From: a virus
IMG/VR virus record: IMGVR_UViG_3300031541_000012
Span: 25,494-89,493 of that record
Direction: 5' to 3' (one strand)
DNA length: 64,000 nucleotides
Shown here: positions 19,637 through 28,392 of the stretch, one piece after another
Layout of the letters: each line of letters starts with the position of its first letter
How positions within the stretch are numbered: the first letter of the stretch is position 1
Translations under genes and position numbers: made by a program
Notes under the pieces: model-generated
The model's database searches: none
What the model saw: only the letters and a program-made list of their open reading frames with translations
What the model was told of the DNA's origin: nothing

Positions 19637-20265
19637 ACCCTTTCAAGGTTTTAAACATAAACCCCACGGATGACAAAATGACCATCCGTCGCGCGTATGT
19701 ACGTGAAGCAAAGTTGCACCATCCTGACCAGGGTGGTGACGAAGGGCATTTCCGCCTTATACAAAAAGCGTATGAGGGATTGATCAACAATGATTTTGAT
19801 GTAGAGATCCTAGAAACAGATGTTGCATTGGACCTCAAGGACTTTTTACTTGGATGTACAGCGGTTGCAGTAATCAAGAACGGCGTGTTCAAAGGCACTG
19901 CAATTGAGTTCAAAGTGCCAGCGTACACATACCCTGGTACAGTGCTAGAGTTTCACGACTCTGGATTGACAGACAAGCTCGTTCGTGTTAAATTATTTGA
20001 AGCTAAACAAGATCACTACACGAGGCTTGGATCAAGCATAGTCTCCAAGCATAAAATAAATATGCTTGAGGCAGAACTCGGCAAAGAAATCGAAGTAACG
20101 AACTTCGACGATAAATCATATAAAATAAGAGTATCGCCAGAGACCACCGCAGATCGTTTGATCTATAATTTTGAAGGTGCAGGTTTTTACGACAAGCTAA
20201 CGAAAGTCCGTGGTAATTTCACGGTCGTAGTAGAAGTAGACAAGAGAAGGTTATTTGATGTCTGA
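19633..20265 (+). CDS. DnaJ-like co-chaperone
   Basis: J domain NPFKVL..HHPDQGGD plus DnaJ C-domain-like region. Confidence 0.85.
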   Translation: MNPFKVLNINPTDDKMTIRRAYVREAKLHHPDQGGDEGHFRLIQKAYEGLINNDFDVEILETDVALDLKDFLLGCTAVAVIKNGVFKGTAIEFKVPAYTYPGTVLEFHDSGLTDKLVRVKLFEAKQDHYTRLGSSIVSKHKINMLEAELGKEIEVTNFDDKSYKIRVSPETTADRLIYNFEGAGFYDKLTKVRGNFTVVVEVDKRRLFDV

Positions 20266-22492
20266 AGAGAGATTACAGCGCATTGTGCAGATGGCATTTC
20301 AAGAAGCAATTAGCCGTCAACATGAATATGTGACGATTGAACATTTGCTTATTGCAATCCTAGGCGATGCAGATATTCTCCAAGTCCTAGAGGACATGGG
20401 TATAAGCAGCCAAAGCATTCTTGATGATGCTAAAGATTATTTAGATACAGATATCGAAAAAATGGCTGACCAAAGCAATGGTGCGAAAAAGACTGTTGCA
20501 CTAGAGCGCGTGTTCCAACGTGCGGTTGCGCAAGGCTACTTTGTTGGCCGCTCAATTGCAGATCCGCTAGACGTGTTGGGCAGTATCCTCTCAGAGGAAA
20601 ACAGCCACGCCGCTTTCTTTTGTAACACCCACGGCCTCACAAAAGACTCACTGACTGAAAATATTGCAGACATCATTCAAGATGATGGCATGGCAACTAC
20701 CAACGGTGAAGAAGCGCCAACAGGACGCCGTAAGCGCCAAACTGCACTTGAGCAGTATTGTGTCAACCTCAATGAGCTGGCAGAAGAAGGCAAGGTGGAC
20801 GATCTCATTGGACGTGATTGGGAAGTGGAAAGCCTTGTGCAGACACTTGCCCGCCGTAAAAAGAACAACGCTATGATGGTTGGTGATCCTGGTGTTGGTA
20901 AAACTGCAATTGCAGAGGGACTTGCCAAGCGCATCATTGAAGAAGATGTCCCTGAGACAATGCTTGGTAAAACTATCTACAGCCTGGATATTGGCTTGCT
21001 ACTAGCAGGCAGCAAATATCGCGGAGACATGGAGGAACGCCTCAAGGACGTTCTCAAAGAGCTCGAGACTAAAGAGAACAGCATCCTCTTTATCGATGAG
21101 ATCCATATGATCCTTGGAGCAGGGGCGGGCGGCAACAGTGCAATGGATGTTGCAAACTTGCTCAAGCCAGCTCTACAGCGCGGAACGCTGCGTTGTATTG
21201 GTTCCACAACCGTGGAAGAGTTCCAAGAAAAGATCGAAAAGGATGCAGCACTCAAGCGACGTTTTGAGCGTGTTAACGTAACTGAGCCAAGTGTTGAGGA
21301 TGCAAAGGCGATCCTCATCAACAGTATGCCAGCTTACGAACTATTCCACAACATGGGTATTGACAAAGAGGCAGTTGAAGCCGCTGTTGAACTCAGTGTC
21401 AAGTATATCCATAACAAACGACTACCAGACAAAGCCTTCGACTTGGTTGACAGTGCTTTTGCCCGCCAGCGTACATACCCAGACGAACAACAGGTAGACG
21501 TTATCACTAAGAATTTGATTGAGCGCGAAGCATCACGCCTAAGCCGTATCCCGCTCAGCATCATCACAACAAACGACGAAACATCAGAAGAGGTACACGA
21601 CATTGAAGCCGGTCTACAGCTAACAGTATTTGGCCAAAACCCAGCAGTGGAAACACTTGCTAGTGCTGTTTACGTCGCACAGTCAGGATTGAACGATCCT
21701 GAAAAGCCGCTAGGCTGTTACCTGTTTACTGGACCAACTGGTGTTGGTAAAACAGAAACTGCAATTGGCCTCGCTAACCTACTGGGTGTCAAGCTTGTGC
21801 GTTTTGACATGGGTGAGTTCATGGAGAAGCACACAGTGAGCCGCCTTATTGGTAGTCCTCCAGGCTATGTAGGATATGGTGATGGTAAAGCCGGTGCTGG
21901 TGAGCTTATCACTGAGATTGAGAATAATCCTAATTGTGTCCTGCTATTGGACGAGGTCGAGAAAGCACACGAAGACGTGCTCAACGTACTCTTGTCACTG
22001 ATGAGCACAGGCATGATATCCAATAGCAGCGGTAAAGAGGTCAATGCTAAAAACATTATCCTTATCATGACCAGCAACCTTGGTGCAGCAGATGCAGAAA
22101 GAAACAAGATTGGTTTCGGTGCTACTGACAACACTGATGCAAGTACAGAAGCCGTCAAGCGTTTCTTTACACCTGAATTCCGTAACCGCCTAGACGCCGT
22201 GGTGCCATTTAGCAAGCTTGACAAAGAAATTGTTATGCAGGTTGCAGACAAGTTCCTCAAGGTTGTTAAGGAGAGCGCAGCAGAGCGCGGCTACAAACTA
22301 AAGTGGAACAAGAGTGTCCTCAAATGGCTCAGCCAGGACGGGCGTGGATTCGATCCTGCGATGGGAGCAAGACCAATGAAGCGGGCAATCTTCGATCACA
22401 TCAAGAAGCCCCTTGCAAGGCAGATGTTGTTTGGTAGCGTTGACAAGACGATTACCCTAAAGATTGAGGATGACGAAATTAAATTCCAGTGA
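20255..22492 (+). CDS. clpA: Clp protease ATP-binding subunit
   Basis: ClpN domain, two AAA modules (GDPGVGKT; GPTGVGKTE), IGF ClpP-docking loop, no ClpB middle domain. Confidence 0.95.
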   Translation: MMSEERLQRIVQMAFQEAISRQHEYVTIEHLLIAILGDADILQVLEDMGISSQSILDDAKDYLDTDIEKMADQSNGAKKTVALERVFQRAVAQGYFVGRSIADPLDVLGSILSEENSHAAFFCNTHGLTKDSLTENIADIIQDDGMATTNGEEAPTGRRKRQTALEQYCVNLNELAEEGKVDDLIGRDWEVESLVQTLARRKKNNAMMVGDPGVGKTAIAEGLAKRIIEEDVPETMLGKTIYSLDIGLLLAGSKYRGDMEERLKDVLKELETKENSILFIDEIHMILGAGAGGNSAMDVANLLKPALQRGTLRCIGSTTVEEFQEKIEKDAALKRRFERVNVTEPSVEDAKAILINSMPAYELFHNMGIDKEAVEAAVELSVKYIHNKRLPDKAFDLVDSAFARQRTYPDEQQVDVITKNLIEREASRLSRIPLSIITTNDETSEEVHDIEAGLQLTVFGQNPAVETLASAVYVAQSGLNDPEKPLGCYLFTGPTGVGKTETAIGLANLLGVKLVRFDMGEFMEKHTVSRLIGSPPGYVGYGDGKAGAGELITEIENNPNCVLLLDEVEKAHEDVLNVLLSLMSTGMISNSSGKEVNAKNIILIMTSNLGAADAERNKIGFGATDNTDASTEAVKRFFTPEFRNRLDAVVPFSKLDKEIVMQVADKFLKVVKESAAERGYKLKWNKSVLKWLSQDGRGFDPAMGARPMKRAIFDHIKKPLARQMLFGSVDKTITLKIEDDEIKFQ

Positions 22493-23318
22493 ACTAAGGG
22501 CACTAATTGAGGGTGCAGGCATCAAGTACAAGCCTGCACCTAAAATCTTCTACCCCAAAGAGGGTGGCCTCCCCTACAAAGTAGAGTTACGCCCCAAGCA
22601 TCGTGGCAAAGGACTGGGCGGTGTTAGTGGTAAGCGCAGTTGTCAAATTGACATCACCAACCCTATAAAGGCGCGAGAAGAGCTTGCAGCGTTCAATGAT
22701 CGCATGGACAAAATCATATCCAATGTCGAATACAGACGTGAGATATGTAATTTTGTTAAACGACTCCCACAAGTAGAATACAAAACACGTATGGGCGGAG
22801 ATAACAACCTGTTTTATTTCCGTGATCCTGAATTGGTTATGGTATTGGTCAATCGTTATCATGATGTCATTAACAGTGTAACTGGACCAATTAATGATAC
22901 ACATGAAGAACGTATTGGTGAACGTAATGTGCAGATGCGCAAGACGCTTTACTTCAACAAATACCGCTATTACCTAGAGTTTGAACGTAGTGACGAGTTT
23001 GTTACTCGTACAGCACCACGTCTACTTGAAGCACTTAATCATATCGAGTCTGGTAATTGGCGTGAACACAAGCTGACTAGTATCATTAAATTCTACGAAG
23101 CGCACGGCAGCATAAGAGGCAACAGATCTGCAACTGCTACTATTATAGGCGGTCAGCCAAATGTAGCACCAGCAGCATTCAATATGCCTTACTCATTCCC
23201 ACCTCGTGCAGTAGCACTTTATCTGGTTGATCCAGAGGACTATGTCTACCTCAAGCTATTAGCAGCAGAGCATATCAAATCTAACCATGAACTTGTGCTT
23301 TTTGACGAGTTAACCTAG
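22464..23318 (+). CDS. hypothetical protein with two KL-family-like segments
   Basis: FYFRDPELVMVL and LYLVDPEDYVYLKLLA. Confidence 0.65.
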   Translation: MRMTKLNSSELRALIEGAGIKYKPAPKIFYPKEGGLPYKVELRPKHRGKGLGGVSGKRSCQIDITNPIKAREELAAFNDRMDKIISNVEYRREICNFVKRLPQVEYKTRMGGDNNLFYFRDPELVMVLVNRYHDVINSVTGPINDTHEERIGERNVQMRKTLYFNKYRYYLEFERSDEFVTRTAPRLLEALNHIESGNWREHKLTSIIKFYEAHGSIRGNRSATATIIGGQPNVAPAAFNMPYSFPPRAVALYLVDPEDYVYLKLLAAEHIKSNHELVLFDELT

Positions 23319-23356
23319 TGTTTAACCATAAATAGATATAGCACAGGAGATATCAC

Positions 23357-23530
23357 ATGGCACAATTAAATGAAAGTGTTGTCGTTGTCAAGGTCAGTAA
23401 ATTAGTCAAAGACGGCGAACAAATCGATGAGTTGCTTGATGCAGAAACACTAACCAATGTTGAAGCTGTTTTGGAAGAGCTAGTTAATGATCCAAAGGCG
23501 ATGATTGAGATTATCGTAGCAGACGAATAA
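23357..23530 (+). CDS. small late protein (57 aa, not in ORF track)
   Basis: ATAAATA plus AGGAG RBS; MAQLNESVVVVKVSKLVKD. Confidence 0.65.
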   Translation: MAQLNESVVVVKVSKLVKDGEQIDELLDAETLTNVEAVLEELVNDPKAMIEIIVADE

Positions 23531-23600
23531 GCACTTTTTGACACAAAAACGATAAATAAATGTAAGCGCACATGAGCGCACACATTTTAGGAGATACCAA

Positions 23601-23981
23601 ATGGTAGATAAAATTAACCCAGTATACAAGCCAACCGTTGCTCGTTCATTCAACGGTAAGAGCGTACAGCACCTAACAGTTACTATGGCTGTTGACATCA
23701 CAGGTTCAACTGCACCAGAGGGCGCAATTGACGCAATTGTTAAGACTCTAGGTCTTCGTGCAACTCCAGTTCTTCTTTCTGCAATCGCAGCAGGCGGATT
23801 TGACGTTTACTTCGAAGGCGAGTTCCCAACAGACGACTACAACAGCGACGACAGCGCGACAACATTCGCTGCACAGGTACAAGCAGACATTGTTGCACTA
23901 GGTACAGTAGACACACTAGACCTAAGAGGCACAACTGTTGCTGAGACAGCATTCTTCCAAGCTGATCAGATCAACGAGTAA
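23601..23981 (+). CDS. putative virion structural protein
   Basis: Late promoter, strong RBS, Ala/Thr-rich, followed by terminator. Confidence 0.6.
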   Translation: MVDKINPVYKPTVARSFNGKSVQHLTVTMAVDITGSTAPEGAIDAIVKTLGLRATPVLLSAIAAGGFDVYFEGEFPTDDYNSDDSATTFAAQVQADIVALGTVDTLDLRGTTVAETAFFQADQINE

Positions 23982-24008
23982 TAGCTTAAAAATACACACT
24001 TCGGAATT

Positions 24009-24033
24009 GGGCGGGCTTTGTGCTCGCCTTTTT
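24009..24033 (+). terminator. rho-independent terminator
   Basis: GGCGGGC/GCTCGCC hairpin plus T run. Confidence 0.7.
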
Positions 24034-24080
24034 CTATGAACAAGCAATAAATACTGTTGCAATGATTAGGGAGAGGGTCA

Positions 24081-24434
24081 GTGCAGGAGGATAACGTGAA
24101 TAGAAACGGATGGTTCTGGTTAGCACCAGAATATTTCAACAGGTGGAGAGTATTTCCACGCGCCTTTATTGTATTTTATTTTTGGCTATGTATGGAAACA
24201 GCAATGTGGTTTATGGGCTTACCTAATCCAGGAGCCGCCCAAGCTGCATTTGCTAGTGCAATTATCTCTGCAGGTGCTGCCTGGTTTGGCTTATATGTAA
24301 ACAGTGGTTCATTTAACTCTCGTGCATCAACACCACCGACAGCAGTACAGCAACCGCAGCCAGTTGTTATGCCGCCACCAGTACAAACAGAAACTGACCC
24401 TCGCGGCGTCAAGGAATATCAGGTAAAGGGCTAA
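24081..24434 (+). CDS. two-TM membrane protein, possible holin
   Basis: WRVFPR, two hydrophobic helices, late promoter upstream. Confidence 0.5.
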   Translation: MQEDNVNRNGWFWLAPEYFNRWRVFPRAFIVFYFWLCMETAMWFMGLPNPGAAQAAFASAIISAGAAWFGLYVNSGSFNSRASTPPTAVQQPQPVVMPPPVQTETDPRGVKEYQVKG

Positions 24435-25000
24435 TGAGCGAACACTACATGCGTCTGCTTACAGACGTTGAGCTTAATCCAAAGCAAAAGCAAACGTGGT
24501 ATCGTGTGGTCGAGAAGTTTCTAGGTGCAGAATATGCAACACAGCCTACAAACTTTCTCGACACACTTACCAGCCAACGCGCTGAACTAGAGGGGGACGA
24601 AAACTTCCCTTACGTCTACGTTGTTTACCTAAGTGACGATATTGATGCTACTCTTGCAGAACAGATTGTTGCACTATGGAACAAGATCTATCCACGTGAC
24701 TTTGAGATTGAAAGCAGTGCTGAGTATGATGCTGATTGTTGTGACCATTGCGCCGTTGAGATCGACGATGCGATGCACGAAGAGATCCAACGTCGTGCTA
24801 GCAAGTTCCTACACAACCGCTGGGTAGAAAGCCAAGTTGACGCTGGCTGGCGTTACGGCACAAGCATCAGCGAAAGCGATAAGACCAACCCACGTCTACG
24901 CGACTGGGATAGCTTGCATGAAGATTATCGCCGTGTCCTGGAAATGGACCGTGAGCAAGCTACTAAATTTTTCAAGACATATCCACACCTTTTTGTTTGA
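24434..25000 (+). CDS. RyR-domain protein
   Basis: HNRWVESQVDAGWRYG..KTNPRLRDWDSL. Confidence 0.75.
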   Translation: MSEHYMRLLTDVELNPKQKQTWYRVVEKFLGAEYATQPTNFLDTLTSQRAELEGDENFPYVYVVYLSDDIDATLAEQIVALWNKIYPRDFEIESSAEYDADCCDHCAVEIDDAMHEEIQRRASKFLHNRWVESQVDAGWRYGTSISESDKTNPRLRDWDSLHEDYRRVLEMDREQATKFFKTYPHLFV

Positions 25001-25025
25001 CAACCAAAGCGTTTTACTTTATATT
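24997..25025 (+). promoter_or_regulatory. early promoter
   Basis: TTGACA-17-TATATT with family spacer ACCAAAGCGTTTT. Confidence 0.75.
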
Positions 25026-25050
25026 ATAAAAGTGAGCAAGGAGTTGTGGA

Positions 25051-25650
25051 ATGACATCAGTAGTTGAAAGACCAACATGCGGAGTGCCAGGATGCGGCCG
25101 CCTTGCTGTCAATGTTGTTACCAAAACAGACAAAAGATATCCATATTATAGACGTGCAAACTGGATTTTTGAGCGCCATCCAGAAGCTGAAAGCAACTAT
25201 TGTTGCAGCAGATGTCATAATCATGAAACTGCTCGGAGAAATGGAACAGAAAGTGCTGCACACCTTACAGCACAACGCAGGGGGTTTAAGCGTCCCGCAG
25301 AAATGCGTAACAACACACATAGCTATCGTTATGTGCTCAATCAAGTTTCACATTGTCAAAATGCAGACGGGCGACTAGGGTTTACATGTCCATGTGACCC
25401 GACTATGTTCGAACCAGGCATGTTGCAGGCTGATCATATTGATGGCAACCATAAAAATAATATGCGTATCAACCTTCAAGTAATTTGTGCTTGCTGCCAT
25501 GCTCGCAAAACTACATTGTTCAAAGATATTTTGCATTGGAAAGACAAGCCTCAAGAACTTGTTACTCGCATACACAAGGTGACATGGGATAATGTAAAAG
25601 ATCTTAAATCTATGAATATTCCCATTGACGGCAACCCATTTATTAAGTAA
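25051..25650 (+). CDS. HNH endonuclease with Zn-binding motifs
   Basis: LQADHIDGNHKNN..NLQVICACCHARKT. Confidence 0.85.
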   Translation: MTSVVERPTCGVPGCGRLAVNVVTKTDKRYPYYRRANWIFERHPEAESNYCCSRCHNHETARRNGTESAAHLTAQRRGFKRPAEMRNNTHSYRYVLNQVSHCQNADGRLGFTCPCDPTMFEPGMLQADHIDGNHKNNMRINLQVICACCHARKTTLFKDILHWKDKPQELVTRIHKVTWDNVKDLKSMNIPIDGNPFIK

Positions 25651-25659
25651 TATCTGCAC

Positions 25660-26691
25660 ATGTTTGACCAATCCGTACAACGTGTAGGCTTTGCCTGCAA
25701 ATATATGCATCCTGACCAGACACTTCCGCCCAAGAAGCTGAAGTCCATACAGGGTCGCATGACTGAGAGTGTTACTACCAATGCGTGGATGCAGCGCCAG
25801 ACACACCGCGATGCCTACGACAAGCTGTGGACACTTATCCAGCACAACACACAAGCTGTTTACAATCTTATACAGTATGTTGGCGGCTTGCCTGCAGGAC
25901 AGCGCATGGTACGACTTGGCAGCGATCAGTTACCCTTCTACACACTTGACCCCTGGCGTGACTTCTACAAACGCAATGACGTTCGTAACTTTCTCGAGCG
26001 CCAGTATATACGTGCAGGCGATCTTGCGCGTGAGCATGACGTACGCCTATCCATGCACCCTGGTCAGTTTACAGTGCTAGCTAGCGACAATGACGATGTC
26101 GTTGAGCGCAGCCTAGAGGAGATGGAATACCACACTGACATTGCACGTTGGATGGGCTATGGCAACATGTTTGGTGAGTTCAAGATCAACGTACACCTTG
26201 CTGGCCGCCGTGGTGTTGACGGCTTCCGTGCTATACACAATCGCTTGTCGCCCGAGCTGCGCAACATGATGACTGTGGAGAATGACGAGTATGCTAGCGG
26301 GCTTGACGACATTATCCAGCTTGCTGACGACTTTGCACTTGTATTTGACACACATCATCACTGGATACACAGCAACGAGTTTATCGCACCTGACGACGAC
26401 CGCTTCCAGCGTGTTATCGAGTCCTGGCGTGGTGTGCGTCCTGCAATGCACTATTCTGTATCGCGAGTCGAGTACCTGGCTGACGTTGACGACGCCACAC
26501 TGCCCGACCGTGACTTGCTCAAGGAGGCTGGCTATGCTAGCAACAAACTACGTGCACATTCGGACCTCTATACACATACAGCCAGCAACGACATGATTGC
26601 TGCATTTTGGCCACATGCTGACATTATGGCCGAAGCCAAGCACAAGAACCTAGCGAGTACTGCGCTATACAACTATCTTATGGAGAACTGA
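25660..26691 (+). CDS. uvsE: UV-damage endonuclease
   Basis: GFACK, RLSMHPGQF, VENDE, DTHHH, RAHSD, EAKHK. Confidence 0.92.
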   Translation: MFDQSVQRVGFACKYMHPDQTLPPKKLKSIQGRMTESVTTNAWMQRQTHRDAYDKLWTLIQHNTQAVYNLIQYVGGLPAGQRMVRLGSDQLPFYTLDPWRDFYKRNDVRNFLERQYIRAGDLAREHDVRLSMHPGQFTVLASDNDDVVERSLEEMEYHTDIARWMGYGNMFGEFKINVHLAGRRGVDGFRAIHNRLSPELRNMMTVENDEYASGLDDIIQLADDFALVFDTHHHWIHSNEFIAPDDDRFQRVIESWRGVRPAMHYSVSRVEYLADVDDATLPDRDLLKEAGYASNKLRAHSDLYTHTASNDMIAAFWPHADIMAEAKHKNLASTALYNYLMEN

Positions 26692-26938
26692 TATGCGATT
26701 TTTACTTGGACTCTATGTGGTCTACATGCTGTTGGCTTTCGTATTTGACATTCTTGGAACCATGGCCTGGATGTTGGGAATGACCACAGTCAGCTTGGGG
26801 TACATTTGGGTCTGGTAGGGCGTTTCCAGATTCATTGAATTCCTGTTCACCGCTGGGCAATGCGCAGATCGTTATCTGGACAGCAAGACATACTACCACG
26901 ACGACTTCAGAAAGTGGTAAAATAATTCATCTTTTTGG

Positions 26939-26986
26939 TTGACAAACCAAGGCACTTTGCTTATATTTTTTTAATATAAGCAAAGG
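26939..26986 (+). promoter_or_regulatory. early promoter with perfect 13-bp inverted repeat
   Basis: TTGACA-17-TATATT; CTTTGCTTATATT/AATATAAGCAAAG. Confidence 0.8.
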
Positions 26987-26993
26987 AAAAGCT

Positions 26994-27371
26994 ATGCGTA
27001 ACGACGAAGACAAAACAATCAACAGCCATCCTGCAGGCGCTTTTGCAGCCGCAGCCGCGATGGACATTGAACGTCGTAACGCAAAGGCCTACAAAGACAA
27101 CCAGGAGTTCTACGATGACCCTGACCATTCTGCTCGTGTCGACGCTGTTCGTGCTATTCTCAAGTCTTTCTTTGGTCGCAACTTCGACCTCTATGAGAAC
27201 CAGCGTCCTAACTGTGGCGATCCCTACACGGCGCTCAAAGTAACCAACCACACTTTCCCTGTCATGAGCTTCAAGCGCAAAGAAGCTGATTACACACAGC
27301 CTCTCAAAAAGCTTGGTGTTGTTACTAAATTCATGAAAGGCACCAACAGCTACGTTTACGAGGTCCGTTAA
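26994..27371 (+). CDS. hypothetical early protein
   Basis: Directly after promoter and RBS. Confidence 0.7.
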   Translation: MRNDEDKTINSHPAGAFAAAAAMDIERRNAKAYKDNQEFYDDPDHSARVDAVRAILKSFFGRNFDLYENQRPNCGDPYTALKVTNHTFPVMSFKRKEADYTQPLKKLGVVTKFMKGTNSYVYEVR

Positions 27372-27642
27372 CATAACCAAAAAAAAATGAGTGAGACCGA
27401 GTTCAAAGGATTCTTTTAAATGGACAACGAACAAAAATGCCCAGATGGCGGCAAATGTCACCATCTTTGTCATCCTGATAATTGTTTCCGAGTTGGCTTT
27501 TGTGGGCCATTTAGCAATGTTTATCCTAATGATGAATAGCCTGAACATTTAATCTTTGATGTCGATTTACATTTATTGTATCTTGAATCTAAAGATGTGC
27601 TAGATAAATTAAAATCTTAACAGCTCTCCGATAAATATCGAT

Positions 27643-27709
27643 AGTTCAGTAGTGCCCGCAAGGGACTTATGGGGACCCACCCCGTAGCGGCTAGAACCTG
27701 CATTGGACT
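27643..27709 (+). ncRNA. candidate multi-stem leader RNA
   Basis: Closing stem plus three hairpins incl. GCAA tetraloop, between TAAATA and RBS. Confidence 0.45.
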
Positions 27710-27727
27710 TCTATTAAGGAGAAAACA

Positions 27728-28324
27728 ATGGGTAGACCTATTAACAAACGCTTTATTGGTGATAATCCAGGAAGCATCAAAGTTTCACATCACTTCCGTG
27801 TTGGTGAAAGTGAAGTAGCAGGTGGCGATGACACATACATCGTTAGCCAGCGCTCAAATACAAAATTCCTAATTTCAGACACATCAGAAGGCTGGAGCGA
27901 AGTTCTCGTGCTAGCTGACAAAGATGCAGGCTCACTTGCAGAAGGCGAGTTCCGCATTGCAGCAACTGATGAACTAGGTGCAGACGTAAACGCAATCCGC
28001 CTTTATAACCGTACAATACGTGTCACAGGTCCTAAGAAGGTTAAGTGGAGCATTGATGCACCTGAGTCACAGGCAATCACAGGCATCACCCAAGCTGATC
28101 CAGCAGTTGTTACAGTTGCAGACACATCAGTTTACAATGACGGCGACACTGTTACAATCAGTGGTGTTGTTGGTATGACTGAGATCAACGGCCTCAGCAG
28201 CACAATTACCATTCTTAATGCAACAACCTTTGAGCTCGACACAATTGACTCAACAGGCTTTACTGCATACACAAGCGGCGGTACAGTAAGTGTTGGCGGA
28301 AGCATTGACGACCAAGACGCATAA
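27728..28324 (+). CDS. virion structural protein with FCCH-like beta domain
   Basis: ITGITQADPAVVT..GDTVTISGVVGMTEING. Confidence 0.7.
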   Translation: MGRPINKRFIGDNPGSIKVSHHFRVGESEVAGGDDTYIVSQRSNTKFLISDTSEGWSEVLVLADKDAGSLAEGEFRIAATDELGADVNAIRLYNRTIRVTGPKKVKWSIDAPESQAITGITQADPAVVTVADTSVYNDGDTVTISGVVGMTEINGLSSTITILNATTFELDTIDSTGFTAYTSGGTVSVGGSIDDQDA

Positions 28325-28392
28325 GTCACCCCTCTACACTCTAGAGATGAAAACCCTGTCGCTGCTAAATATAATAAAGGCAGGGTTTTCAT

